From the IMG/VR virus record IMGVR_UViG_3300047994_000374, positions 248,001 to 312,000 of that record: DNA of 64,000 bases. One strand, given 5' to 3'. Position numbers and translations under genes: made by a program. The notes below the pieces were generated by a model that did no database searches, was not told the origin of the DNA, and saw only the letters and a program-made list of their open reading frames with translations. Within the stretch, counting starts at the first letter, position 1. Each line of letters begins with the position of its first letter. Of the stretch, positions 11,026-21,441 are shown in pieces.

Positions 11026-12207
11026 ATGCATAAATCATTTAAATATCGAATATATCCAACCGACGATCAGAAGTTGTTTTTAGCTAAACAATTTGGTGCG
11101 ACTCGATTTGTTTATAATTATTTTCTAGCAAATAGAAAAAATGAATATTTAAATGGCAATAAACATACAAATTTTAATAGCGACTGCTTACTTTTAACAA
11201 AGTTAAAAAAAACAGATGGTTACGAATGGATGTATGATATTAACTCACAAACACTTCAATCTGCTATTCGAAATTTAGAAGTGGCATACGAAGGCTTTTT
11301 TAAAAAACGAACAAAATTTCCAAAATTTCATAAAAAATCAAATAAACAAACTATTAAAATACCACAACTTTTTAAAATAAAAAATAAAAAATTGTTTATA
11401 CCTAAACTTAAAAAGTCTGGTATAAAAATTAATATTCATCAAGATCTTCCTCTCAAGCCTATTTGCTGTTTTATATCAAAAACAAGCAGTGGTAAATATT
11501 ATGTATCTTTTCTTTGTGATTTAATAATTACTCAACTTCCAAAATTAAATAAAAATATTGGCATAGATCTTGGAATAAAATCATTGCTCATTACATCTGA
11601 ACATGAAATTATTAAAAATCCAAAATTTTATCGTAAAGAAGAGAAAAAAATTAAATTTAAACAAAAACAATTATCTAAAAAGAAGAGAGGTAGTAATAAT
11701 CAAAGGAGGCAACGATTAGAATTAGCTAAAATAAATGAATACGTGGGAAATTGCCGAAAAGATTATCTTCATAAAACAACTAAAAAACTTATTGACGAAA
11801 ATCAAGTCATCATTACAGAGAGTTTAAAAGTTGCAAATATGATGAAAAACCATAAACTTGCAAAATCAATACAAGATGCGAACTGGAGAGAATTAATAAG
11901 ACAATTAGAATATAAAGCGAAATGGTATGGAAGAATATTTTATCAAATCAATACATTTTTCCCTAGCAGCAAAACATGCAATAACTGTCAATTTGTAGTA
12001 GATACTTTGCCTTTACAAATAAGGAAATGGGATTGTCCAAATTGTCATATTCATCTCGATCGTGATTTAAACGCTGCAAAAAATATAAGAGATAAAGGCT
12101 TAAAAGATTTATCTGGCTCAGGAATTGAGTCGGATATAAAACAAAAACTTGATGAGGCGCCACGTAGTAAAGTGGGTCTACGAAGCAAGAAAACTTTAAA
12201 AAGTTAA
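11026..12207 (+). CDS. tnpB: IS200/IS605-family RNA-guided endonuclease TnpB
   Basis: KYRIYPT N-terminus; RuvC motifs GIDLG, ITESL, DRDLNAA; zinc finger CNNC/CPNC; TTCAC right-end motif at 12208-12212. Confidence 0.93.
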   Translation: MHKSFKYRIYPTDDQKLFLAKQFGATRFVYNYFLANRKNEYLNGNKHTNFNSDCLLLTKLKKTDGYEWMYDINSQTLQSAIRNLEVAYEGFFKKRTKFPKFHKKSNKQTIKIPQLFKIKNKKLFIPKLKKSGIKINIHQDLPLKPICCFISKTSSGKYYVSFLCDLIITQLPKLNKNIGIDLGIKSLLITSEHEIIKNPKFYRKEEKKIKFKQKQLSKKKRGSNNQRRQRLELAKINEYVGNCRKDYLHKTTKKLIDENQVIITESLKVANMMKNHKLAKSIQDANWRELIRQLEYKAKWYGRIFYQINTFFPSSKTCNNCQFVVDTLPLQIRKWDCPNCHIHLDRDLNAAKNIRDKGLKDLSGSGIESDIKQKLDEAPRSKVGLRSKKTLKS

Positions 12208-12211
12208 TTCA

Positions 12212-13441
12212 CTAGTCGCTTAACCCAGTTAATTCGGAAGGTAATTCGCTTTCTAAATCATCCCAAGGGGCTTTTTCACCCGCATCATTTGTAGCTGGTT
12301 TTGTGGCTGTGGCTGGAGCTTCTGCATCCGTATTACTTACCATGGATTCCTGAAGACTATTTTTAGCATTATTTTCGACAGTTTTTGCGCCATCTAATAC
12401 TTTCAAAATATCCTGAACATCCTTCATATAGGTTTGGAGCGCGTGTTTCACATCATCAAAATCATCCGCAACCAAGCCATACCCGCCATGAAGACCGGGA
12501 ACTTTATCAATCAAATCGCTAAATATTCCTTTATCAACTACCTGACGTTTCTTATAAAAATCCGAGCCAAACTCTTGCATGACTTTTTCTAAATATGGGC
12601 TTAGATTTATTGCAGCTGTATGTAAATTATTATAAGCCGAAACGACCGCTTGTGTTTCTTGTTTGGTTGCCATTCCTTTTAATTCATCCGCAGTTTTTGG
12701 AGCTTCTAATTCGGACAAAATAGGCTCTATGCTTTCTTCTAATGAAGCAAATTGTTCAAGACGAGCTTTCAAATCACTAACCATAGATAAAAACTCTGGA
12801 CTATATTGATTGCCCACGCCAAAATCTGTATTGGAATTTAAAAGGTCATCCAATTCTTTCATAAGCTTTTCATTATCCGCTTTGAATCCGTCTGAAATAA
12901 AGGGCAAATGATTTTTTGCGTAAATAGCGCCAAGTGTTGCGGCAATTGGAAGAATAATCGCAAGAGGACCAATGCCTTCTTTAACGATCGACTTTCCTGA
13001 TACTTGTAAAAGGCACGCATCTGCTAAACTTCTTAATTCAGATTCATTTCGGTTATCAAGATCATTGGCAGCTTTAACAAGAGAAAGAATTAACTGTTGT
13101 GCATACTTCTGTTGAAAAATTTGACCTGATGGGGTTTTATTAAGAATATGACGAATAATATTTTGGCGCTCTTGATTGGTTTCGACGAGTCCATTTAATT
13201 TATCATAAGAAGGCGCAATGACCAATGATCCAGGATGTGCAAGCTCAGAAATATTATTATCATATTGCATGTCTTTGGGAGCATCAAGTTTTAGATCATA
13301 TAATTTCGTAACTTCTTCCATGGTTCTTGAATCAGCTCGTCCTGTTTCTTCTAGGATTTGCTTTGAAGTTTTCGCATGGGAAATTAAACCCTTCTCTTCA
13401 GCGATCTTGATAAAATTATTAAATATCTCGTTTTTTTTCAT
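12212..13441 (-). CDS. Hypothetical head-module protein
   Basis: 409 aa; carries the shared AHP...GLVET and KAANDLD modules. Confidence 0.75.
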   Translation of the reverse strand: MKKNEIFNNFIKIAEEKGLISHAKTSKQILEETGRADSRTMEEVTKLYDLKLDAPKDMQYDNNISELAHPGSLVIAPSYDKLNGLVETNQERQNIIRHILNKTPSGQIFQQKYAQQLILSLVKAANDLDNRNESELRSLADACLLQVSGKSIVKEGIGPLAIILPIAATLGAIYAKNHLPFISDGFKADNEKLMKELDDLLNSNTDFGVGNQYSPEFLSMVSDLKARLEQFASLEESIEPILSELEAPKTADELKGMATKQETQAVVSAYNNLHTAAINLSPYLEKVMQEFGSDFYKKRQVVDKGIFSDLIDKVPGLHGGYGLVADDFDDVKHALQTYMKDVQDILKVLDGAKTVENNAKNSLQESMVSNTDAEAPATATKPATNDAGEKAPWDDLESELPSELTGLSD

Positions 13442-13466
13442 GTTGGGCTCTTATTATTATATTGGA

Positions 13467-14477
13467 TTATGAGGCTTTTGCGAGATCATCAATAAAGAGA
13501 TCGGCGAGTTGTTTCTTTGAGGTAAATTCTTTAGGAAAATAAATGGCGTTATTTCCTTGTGTCGTTGAGTTATAGTATTTGATTTTATCTTGGGCGGCGA
13601 GAAATCCTGGAAGCGCTTTGATCTGCTCTTCCTTGCCATCAAGACCTGAATAAACGGATTTCGCAAAATTAATAATTGTTGAATCAATGTTTTCTGGTGT
13701 ATTTTGAATGGGCAACATAAATGGAATGGGCGAGTCTGATTTTAATGGAAATTTGGTTTGTGTAGAAGTTGGTAATGATGATTGAGCGGACGGAGCGGTT
13801 TCAGATCCTGTTTGATCCAATGCATTAGGACGACCAACAAATTTATTAACCACATCGCCTGCTACAAGAAATCCCGCTGCAGAAAGAGCTACTTTAAATA
13901 TCCAGCTTAATACTTGCGTTAAAATATTAGCTGTCTTTGAAGAAGCAATGACGGAAATTGGAGCCGAAGAAAGTGAAAGTGTTTGACGATCAAAATCTTC
14001 CATGGATAAACGAACTAATTTGGCGGCTCGTAAATTCTGATCAAATGTCAGTTTTGGTTGAATGGCTTGTGAAGTTCCTAAATTGGATTGAACTGCAGAA
14101 TGAACAACAGCATCAACTTGAGATGAAGTCGTTTGCTTACCCTCTCCAATTAGCCCTTTAATGTCCGTCCAAATCGTTTGTAAGACACTATTGATATCTA
14201 AATGAAGGGTGGATGCAGCCATTCCAAAGAGCACGCCAATCCATCCAAAGCCCATTGATTTTAAAGTCATAGAAATAACGCCGGGAGCTAAAATATTAAT
14301 GATGGAACCGGCTGGATTTTTTGGATCAATATGCGCGGAAACATAATCTTTAATTTTAGAAACAAGTCCTGCCATCAATCCAGAAGCATCCGCTTTTTTA
14401 TAAAGCGATTTGTTGCCGAGAATTTCCTCAACAATCATCATGTCTGTATAAAAAGAAATGGCAGTATTCTCTGACAT
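13467..14477 (-). CDS. Hypothetical head-module protein with hydrophobic segments
   Basis: 336 aa ORF in the co-oriented cluster. Confidence 0.7.
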   Translation of the reverse strand: MSENTAISFYTDMMIVEEILGNKSLYKKADASGLMAGLVSKIKDYVSAHIDPKNPAGSIINILAPGVISMTLKSMGFGWIGVLFGMAASTLHLDINSVLQTIWTDIKGLIGEGKQTTSSQVDAVVHSAVQSNLGTSQAIQPKLTFDQNLRAAKLVRLSMEDFDRQTLSLSSAPISVIASSKTANILTQVLSWIFKVALSAAGFLVAGDVVNKFVGRPNALDQTGSETAPSAQSSLPTSTQTKFPLKSDSPIPFMLPIQNTPENIDSTIINFAKSVYSGLDGKEEQIKALPGFLAAQDKIKYYNSTTQGNNAIYFPKEFTSKKQLADLFIDDLAKAS

Positions 14478-14478
14478 G

Positions 14479-15204
14479 TTATCGATGTCCTAATTGTGCG
14501 GTGGCTTCTGCGTGAAGTTGTTGCAGGTCGGCTAAATTAATTGAATATGGTGATTGTGGTCCGGAAATTTGAGCAGCGACATCATTAAACAGCTCCTGAT
14601 CTTTTAAATGCTGCTGCTCTGAATTGAAGAACTCACCATAAACTTGTCCGGCTGCAGTAATAGCAGAAATCAAAGCATTAATAAAAGGAACAATGGTTTG
14701 TGCTGCGCCTTGACCTGGAGCTGGTTTTACTAAATACGCCATGCCTTCCGGAGTTAAGCCTGACATTTGAATAGGAAGCGTAGATTGCATAAAGTTTGCA
14801 GCTTGAGCAATTGAATTTTTTGCAGCTTCAACTGTTGACTCGACGCTGGGATTGAGTTGCAAATATTCATCAAGGAAACCATTAATACGAGCTAAATCAA
14901 TATTATCTGAATGGAATGGGCGAGATGATGCAAGATGTTGAAGAATTTCAGGTGATACTGGTTTCGTTTGCAGATTTTGATTTAATCCTGCTTGTTCAAC
15001 ATTTGCTTTTTCAGGAGCTACTTCGGCACCCTCTTCTGTTGCAGGTGGACGGATTCGATGTTGAAGCGATGTAATCATTTTTTGAACCGCTGCATAATCT
15101 GTTGGTCCAGGAGCTTCTTGCGCTTTTTTAGAAATTTTACCATCGAGTTCATTTGCGATCTTTGCGAACATTTCAAGTAAATTCTTATCTTCAAAAATAG
15201 ACAT
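14479..15204 (-). CDS. Hypothetical head-module protein
   Basis: 241 aa; KIANELD and KKAQ motifs. Confidence 0.7.
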   Translation of the reverse strand: MSIFEDKNLLEMFAKIANELDGKISKKAQEAPGPTDYAAVQKMITSLQHRIRPPATEEGAEVAPEKANVEQAGLNQNLQTKPVSPEILQHLASSRPFHSDNIDLARINGFLDEYLQLNPSVESTVEAAKNSIAQAANFMQSTLPIQMSGLTPEGMAYLVKPAPGQGAAQTIVPFINALISAITAAGQVYGEFFNSEQQHLKDQELFNDVAAQISGPQSPYSINLADLQQLHAEATAQLGHR

Positions 15205-16055
15205 TATACCTTCTCCCCTAGTTGCGTTTTGAGGGCGGTTAAAATCTGATATAAATCTTCGTGTGGTAAATTCTTTTTACGCCATGCAAGAATTGAATCC
15301 ATATTTACAAGATCATGAACAGTTATTGGCGCTGGAGGATTTGAGCCAACCGTGACTGACATACCATTAAATTTATCATTCAATTCGGATAGACGCTCTG
15401 GAGATAATACTGCATCATTTGTTTTTAATGGCGCGAATGTTTCAGAACTTTTAATCGTATTTCTGATTTCTGTATAAAGGGAATTAAGTTGATTTAATAG
15501 TTTCGTAATTTCTGGTGCATTTTGTAATTTTTCTGCAATCGTAAATTCAGTTGGATCGTTACCAATTAAAGATTTATAAGCTTCTAGATCTTTTTGAGAA
15601 AAATCATAAACTAATGAGGGTAACTGACTTGATAAACTTAAAAGTGATGTGGCGAGAACAACTGCATTATGAAGTGCCGTGTTTGTGATTGGACCCCAAC
15701 TGCCATCTGCAAAATTTCCTTTTTCGGCGACATCTAAACGAGAGGCTTCATCACGAATAACGCGAATAAGAGTTGATGTGGTTGAATTGTCTTTATCTTC
15801 TTTGGTATCAATATTGTTGGTCGTTACATTTTTGGCGAGATTTACAAGAGCATTTTGCATGTCCTTGATAACCTTAAATGAACTTGTAGATCGCACTTGA
15901 TTTAAAGGTCCGACAACTTCATTATCATTTGGGCGCTTGTATTCATTCGTAACATTACCAGTTGGAGAATCGCTATGTTCACCGGGGAAATCAGCTAATG
16001 AATCTTGAGCCATTTTTTGAATTAACTTTGCGAGATCTTTTTTCATACGAACCAT
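15204..16055 (-). CDS. Hypothetical protein with a possible peptidoglycan-binding motif
   Basis: 'IKDMQNAL...ADGSWGPITNTAL' resembles the PG_binding_1 DG.xG..T..A signature. Confidence 0.55.
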   Translation of the reverse strand: MVRMKKDLAKLIQKMAQDSLADFPGEHSDSPTGNVTNEYKRPNDNEVVGPLNQVRSTSSFKVIKDMQNALVNLAKNVTTNNIDTKEDKDNSTTSTLIRVIRDEASRLDVAEKGNFADGSWGPITNTALHNAVVLATSLLSLSSQLPSLVYDFSQKDLEAYKSLIGNDPTEFTIAEKLQNAPEITKLLNQLNSLYTEIRNTIKSSETFAPLKTNDAVLSPERLSELNDKFNGMSVTVGSNPPAPITVHDLVNMDSILAWRKKNLPHEDLYQILTALKTQLGEKV

Positions 16056-17227
16056 TTTTGGCTAAAGGCATCTAATTTATTTTTTAATATCTCATACTTA
16101 TCGTTGTATCCTTTGACGATAAAAGGATCTGATTTGTTTTCAAGTTTATTATAATTGGTTAATGCTGTTTGTGCAAAAGGAAGCGCTTGTTGTTCTAACC
16201 AACCTCCCAATTTTGTTTGCAGTTCTTGATCGAAACCTACAGATAATCTTTCTCTATATTGCTTGATTGTGTTGATTGCAGACTGAAATTTAGCAGCAAC
16301 ATCATTTTGATTTTCAGAAACTGGCTTTGTATTGTTCGCGGTTGGTGAGCCAGCTGGAAGCGCAGGATCGTATTTTGATTTGACAGAATTTCTAAGGTTA
16401 TCTGTTTCTATTCTGCGAATATTTTCAATTATACTCTTGAAAGAATTGGCTTGCGCATAACCATAATCAAAAATTGGCATTATTTCATTTTCCCATTTTT
16501 GTTGTGTGGCGCCAGAGCTAAAAATACCGGGACTCATATCTTCTTTAAGATCATCTAGTAAATTAGTGAGTGAATTTTCCATTTCCGAAGCAGAATATAC
16601 TTTCTTATTATTTAATGTTAAGCTTAATGCATTAAACATTGCATCATTATCATTATTTTCGCCACCTGATTTTCGGGAAATATCACTATAAATTTGTCTA
16701 AATTTAGATAAAATACTTGATGCTTCTGTGTATAAGTCGTTTAATTTATTTGCATCTTGTGCGAAAACTAATTTTACAGCATTGATAATTTTTGAAGCGC
16801 TTGCAAGTTTGCCCGTTGGCTTTTTATTTACAACATCAACCATTTTAAGATGGCGAGTTAAAATAGATTCAAAGACTGCTTTATCTCCTGCAACACCATC
16901 TAATTTATGACTGCCTTTTGGATGAGCTTGATCAACAAGATCTTCGCCCGTTTCTTTGGAAGTATTATAAAGGGTATTAGCTTTTTTGTATTGAATAAAA
17001 TTATCTTCAATTTCATTCGCAAAACTATCAAACCCCTTGCTCGAAAGTCCTGCGCAAAGACGAAGGATATTTTGAGTAAGATTTGTGGATACGGTTAAAT
17101 CTTGCGGTGCTTTTTCAGATTGCTTTTTAATTGCAGGCTCATGTTTAAATGTGCCCTTTTCTTTGGCTAATTTTTCCAAAGATCTCATGATTGGACTATC
17201 GAAAAAGTCTATGTGCTTATAAGTCAT
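16043..17227 (-). CDS. Hypothetical head-module protein
   Basis: 394 aa; shares the AHP module with 12212..13441. Confidence 0.7.
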   Translation of the reverse strand: MTYKHIDFFDSPIMRSLEKLAKEKGTFKHEPAIKKQSEKAPQDLTVSTNLTQNILRLCAGLSSKGFDSFANEIEDNFIQYKKANTLYNTSKETGEDLVDQAHPKGSHKLDGVAGDKAVFESILTRHLKMVDVVNKKPTGKLASASKIINAVKLVFAQDANKLNDLYTEASSILSKFRQIYSDISRKSGGENNDNDAMFNALSLTLNNKKVYSASEMENSLTNLLDDLKEDMSPGIFSSGATQQKWENEIMPIFDYGYAQANSFKSIIENIRRIETDNLRNSVKSKYDPALPAGSPTANNTKPVSENQNDVAAKFQSAINTIKQYRERLSVGFDQELQTKLGGWLEQQALPFAQTALTNYNKLENKSDPFIVKGYNDKYEILKNKLDAFSQKWFV

Positions 17228-17271
17228 TGCGCCTCGAATATAGAACTACACTCAAATAATATACTAAATTA

Positions 17272-18642
17272 TTAGGGTAATTTTGCCTTTTTCTTTAACC
17301 TTATAATAGTGTCTCTAGAAACTCCGTAAGCGTTTCCAATCTCTTTTAATGTCCTATTGTCATTTAATATAGATGTTATTTGTTCATTTGTAAAATCTTT
17401 ATAGTTAGGATTTTTTATAGCAATGCCGGCTTCTTTTTTAATTCTTGTAATCACTCGGCGCGTGGAATTAAAAGTCTTTGCAATTTCGATGAGGCTTCTT
17501 TTATCTGCAATAATAGCTTTAACCTGATCTTCGTTAAATTCAACTTTATTTCTAGGTTTTTTAAATTTTACATATGTTCCCATTTTTGTCTTTAATCTTA
17601 CTATTGTCTGTTGCGAGCAATTATAAATTTTAGCTATTTGCTCATATGGACGAGGATCGTATGCTATATCTATTTTTTGTTGATCGGTAAAATTAATAAC
17701 ATTTGGTTTTTTTGTTATGTACCCTGCGGCTTTTTTGACGCGCACAATAACTGAATCAATAACGCCAAGATCGCGAGCAATTGTACTTAGAGGACGTTTA
17801 TCAGCTATAATGACATCTATTTGATCTTGTGTAAATTTCCTCTTTCCTTTATAATTAGGTTTTCGTGATATTAGGTCTCCATAGTTCAATAATCTTAACC
17901 CATGCTTATTACAATATCGAATGCCATCAATTATTTTATAGGGCTGATAGGCGCCACTGACATCACAATTTGGAGCATTGCATTTTAATTCGCCAGTAGC
18001 TTCTTTTTCCTGTAATTTTTCTGCCCAAACTTCTTTTAAGGATATGACTCTCTTTGCAATAGTTTCTTCTGATTGGACTTTCCCTGTAAGAGCCTCTGAT
18101 TGATGCTTTCTCATTTCATCTGTCCAAATTACTGGGTTAGCCAAACGAGCCCTGCTAAGCGTTTCTGATTGCTCTGGTGTGCGCTTTTTTCCTAAACCAG
18201 GGTGACCTTGAGTTGCAATTTGATTGAACATAGCTTGACGAGCTTTTTCATTTAACTCTTCTCTTTTATCTATAGGGATTGAAGCGTGCCATGCGCGCAT
18301 AGCCTGCCTCCATTCTTCGGATTTTGGAGCATTCATTCCACCGTGTGTTGCATTATACCCTTTTCCGTGCTGTACATAACTGCTATACTGTTTAACTAAT
18401 TCTGTTTCAAGTTCATTTGCATTATCTTGTCCCTTACAAGACGCAATAATTTTGAATTCAAAATTATGATTACCATGTTTTTTTATAGCAAAATGAAATG
18501 GTACTTTTGGATTAGCTGCGTCTCTACAGTGCGCTCTCCACCGCGTATTTGGATTTACTGTTTGTCCAATATATACTTTTTTATTTATAACACATGTAAT
18601 GCAATAAAGATAAATAATCCGAGATTCAATTTCAATTGTCAT
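17272..18642 (-). CDS. GIY-YIG homing endonuclease with NUMOD3-like and tandem HTH repeats
   Basis: IYLYCIT...KVYIGQT...RW..H...ELE...GYN; four C-terminal 'FT.DQ...I..D.R....IA' repeats. Confidence 0.88.
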   Translation of the reverse strand: MTIEIESRIIYLYCITCVINKKVYIGQTVNPNTRWRAHCRDAANPKVPFHFAIKKHGNHNFEFKIIASCKGQDNANELETELVKQYSSYVQHGKGYNATHGGMNAPKSEEWRQAMRAWHASIPIDKREELNEKARQAMFNQIATQGHPGLGKKRTPEQSETLSRARLANPVIWTDEMRKHQSEALTGKVQSEETIAKRVISLKEVWAEKLQEKEATGELKCNAPNCDVSGAYQPYKIIDGIRYCNKHGLRLLNYGDLISRKPNYKGKRKFTQDQIDVIIADKRPLSTIARDLGVIDSVIVRVKKAAGYITKKPNVINFTDQQKIDIAYDPRPYEQIAKIYNCSQQTIVRLKTKMGTYVKFKKPRNKVEFNEDQVKAIIADKRSLIEIAKTFNSTRRVITRIKKEAGIAIKNPNYKDFTNEQITSILNDNRTLKEIGNAYGVSRDTIIRLKKKAKLP

Positions 18643-18702
18643 ATAGCCATATTATAATATATATATCAACTAATTAGCTTATTTAAAAGCAAATCGGAAT
18701 TT

Positions 18703-19392
18703 TTACAAAAGTAAGAGACCCAAAAGCGAATTGATCGATGAAGGAGGATCTGTGACTAACGCAATGGCAGGATGAGCTGGACTTGGTCGTCTTGTAGTGA
18801 AAAAACCATTTTCACTTACATAAAGATTGGCATTAAGTGGGTATGTCTGATTAGCTTCATATGTAGATACTTGACAGAACATACGAAACGGCCAAACTGT
18901 CATTCTACCATTACCTAAAGTCGAATCATCTCCAGGAATATTCGCAATGGCATAAGAATAATTTACGACTGTTCTTATGGCATTTGGAGTGCCGACGCCC
19001 GTCATATCAAAATTTAATGGAGTTCCGGCAACGAAAGTAATGACACCATTAATAGGATTTAAAACAACATCAACCGTAGAGCTAAAACTTGACTTTACCA
19101 CATTTGGGCGCCTTAATTCTGCTTTAAGGTCAATGGGCGTAACAAGTGTATTATTTGGTCCTGCTACTCCAGTTGCGGGAACAATAATTACTTCGTTCCA
19201 AGAAATATTTGTAAAAGCTTTCGTCTTTACATCATCAATAATGCCAAGTGGTGCAGTGCCATTACTAACTGTTGCCATAACCGTATTACCAACAACAACG
19301 AGCTGCGCCACCTGTCCAGGCTCAAAGCTCGCGCTTGGGTCGCAAATATAGGACATTGGAATTGCTCCACCAATTTGAACAATTCTTAACAT
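18703..19392 (-). CDS. Putative virion structural (decoration-like) protein
   Basis: Beta-rich 229 aa; 'DSTLGNGRMTVW' resembles 'SATGSGKMTCW' of 10150..10884. Confidence 0.5.
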   Translation of the reverse strand: MLRIVQIGGAIPMSYICDPSASFEPGQVAQLVVVGNTVMATVSNGTAPLGIIDDVKTKAFTNISWNEVIIVPATGVAGPNNTLVTPIDLKAELRRPNVVKSSFSSTVDVVLNPINGVITFVAGTPLNFDMTGVGTPNAIRTVVNYSYAIANIPGDDSTLGNGRMTVWPFRMFCQVSTYEANQTYPLNANLYVSENGFFTTRRPSPAHPAIALVTDPPSSINSLLGLLLL

Positions 19393-19454
19393 GTTTGACT
19401 CGCTTGATCTTTATTCATTCTTGCCTTCCTGAACATGCTATATATCAAGCGATT

Positions 19455-20339
19455 TCAGTCTTTTTCTTCCTCAAAATCTAATTCTTGTAATGCTGGATTT
19501 TCTAATACTTCAAGAGATTGATCTTCAACATCTAAATTTAATAAATCATCCAAATCATCGTCGCTTGAATTCAAATCAAAATCTTCCACATCCATTAAAT
19601 CCGCTAATTCAGGATCGACATCATTCTTTGTAAAAATATCGGGTTTTCTTGTTTTTTTAAGCCAGCTGTAATATTCTTTTTGTTCGTCGGTTGCGTCTGC
19701 CAAATTATCATCGTTCATATTAAAAACGGTGCCGTGGTCCTTTAAATTATCGACCATCTTTTTGGAATTTAGCTTTTTTGTGTGCCAATCCGTTTTCTTC
19801 TTATTTACTTTTTTTTTAGCAGCATTAACTGTATGGATATTTATTTCATTAGGATCAATTTTCGGAAGAATAACTAAATCATCATTCTCTTCATTTTTCC
19901 AGTCGCCATGGTGGCTTGTTTTACCCAATAAACTAATCGCAGCTTCTTCTGACATTAAATTTTTATGACCAATCATCTTGACAATATCACTTTCGGACAT
20001 GTTCAAGTTGCGTAGGGCTAAATTCATTTTGGCGATGGCAGATTTATTTCCTTCACCGAATTCATAAAGGTCGCGCATCGACAATCCGGCTTGAATAAGT
20101 GATTTAACAGATGGCATGCTTATTTCGGTATTTTCAAGGTCCAATTCGGCGCCATCTCGAGCGACTTTAACAAGAACATTTAATATTTGATTGGATACCG
20201 AAGTTAATCCAGCCTCATCTAAAAGTTTCATTGCTGTATGTATATTATCAATGGCTTTTGTTAAATCATCGTTTTCGTTCGTTGATTTAAGTGTTTCGCT
20301 CATCTTATTCATTAATTCGCTGGCAAAGATTGTTTTCAA
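19455..20339 (-). CDS. Hypothetical head-module protein with acidic tail
   Basis: 294 aa; shared 'LLDEAG....NQI...LVKVA' module. Confidence 0.7.
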   Translation of the reverse strand: MKTIFASELMNKMSETLKSTNENDDLTKAIDNIHTAMKLLDEAGLTSVSNQILNVLVKVARDGAELDLENTEISMPSVKSLIQAGLSMRDLYEFGEGNKSAIAKMNLALRNLNMSESDIVKMIGHKNLMSEEAAISLLGKTSHHGDWKNEENDDLVILPKIDPNEINIHTVNAAKKKVNKKKTDWHTKKLNSKKMVDNLKDHGTVFNMNDDNLADATDEQKEYYSWLKKTRKPDIFTKNDVDPELADLMDVEDFDLNSSDDDLDDLLNLDVEDQSLEVLENPALQELDFEEEKD

Positions 20340-20342
20340 TTT

Positions 20343-20735
20343 TTATTCCTTGCTTGGATGTTCTTTTAAGAATGGAGCAACTGGGCAATCGTGATCGTGA
20401 AGCCCTTCTTGATAATCACAATAAGAACATGGATTACTAATATGCCATTGAGCAGATTCATTAGGTTCATATTCATGATCAAATCCACAAGCGCTACATG
20501 CCTCATAATCGTCAGGATCAGAGATAGATGCCGCTTGAGCAAATTTAAAAAGAATAGAAGTAATATCGTTTGCTTGATTTTGGAAACCGTTGCGATCAAA
20601 TATATCGGCGGCATCTTTTAACAAATTCAATGCAATTTCTAACTTATCTGCATTTTCGGTTTCTTTTTGACCGGAAATGTTTTTTTGCATTGACGACATT
20701 ACTTCTTCATCTATGGATCCGAGTTTATTAAACAT
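20343..20735 (-). CDS. Hypothetical protein, shared module plus Cys/His-rich C-terminus
   Basis: AADIFDRNG..QANDI; CSAC..H, CSYC..HDHDC. Confidence 0.7.
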   Translation of the reverse strand: MFNKLGSIDEEVMSSMQKNISGQKETENADKLEIALNLLKDAADIFDRNGFQNQANDITSILFKFAQAASISDPDDYEACSACGFDHEYEPNESAQWHISNPCSYCDYQEGLHDHDCPVAPFLKEHPSKE

Positions 20736-20741
20736 GAAGCC

Positions 20742-21428
20742 TTATTTTTTGGATGATTTTGAGGCTTTTTCTTTATCAGCCTTCTCTTTGGCTTTTTCTT
20801 TTGCTAATTTATCTTTAGCTGACTGCGCATCTTTCTTTTCTTTTTCTTTCGCTTTTTCTTTAGCAGCCTTTTCTTTTTCAGCTTTTTCTTTTGCTTTAGC
20901 TTTGTCTTTGGCGTCGTTTGAATCTTTTTTGGAATCTTTCTTTGATTCTTTGTCTTTCTTTTTTGCTTCGACAATCAGTGATGCAATTTTGAGAATCATT
21001 TCTGATCCTTTACCGAGATTGAGTTGATCACATGCAGCTGACGCCGTTAAAAGACCGTCAATCGCCATATCAAATGCGGCTGATGACTTTAATTCTTCGT
21101 CCTCTTCTTTCTTGTGTTTGCGAGCATCGTTCTCATCTGAACTCTCTTCTTCTTTCTTGTGACGACGAGCATCATTGTCATCCGCACTCGAAGAATCCGA
21201 GGAGCTTTCTTCCTCTTCTTTTTTATGCTTGCGCGCGGCGTTTGCATCATCTGCACTCGCTGAATCGCATTTGCATTTTTCTTCTTCGCACTTTGAACAT
21301 TTCGCTTTGCGGGCGTCATTTTCATCACTTGCATTTTTAACACGTCCACCGAAAAGGGTTTTGTGTTCTGCGCTGTTAAGGGTCGCATTCATTGAATTGG
21401 CGACGAAATCTGATATACTTTTTGACAT
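20742..21428 (-). CDS. Highly charged, repeat-containing head protein (Lys/Glu-rich tail)
   Basis: Likely start MSKSIS at 21428 (AAGGA RBS); repeats of D[DE]N[DA]AR[KR]HKKEE. Confidence 0.7.
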   Translation of the reverse strand: MSKSISDFVANSMNATLNSAEHKTLFGGRVKNASDENDARKAKCSKCEEEKCKCDSASADDANAARKHKKEEEESSSDSSSADDNDARRHKKEEESSDENDARKHKKEEDEELKSSAAFDMAIDGLLTASAACDQLNLGKGSEMILKIASLIVEAKKKDKESKKDSKKDSNDAKDKAKAKEKAEKEKAAKEKAKEKEKKDAQSAKDKLAKEKAKEKADKEKASKSSKK

Positions 21429-21441
21429 GTTTATTTTTCCT

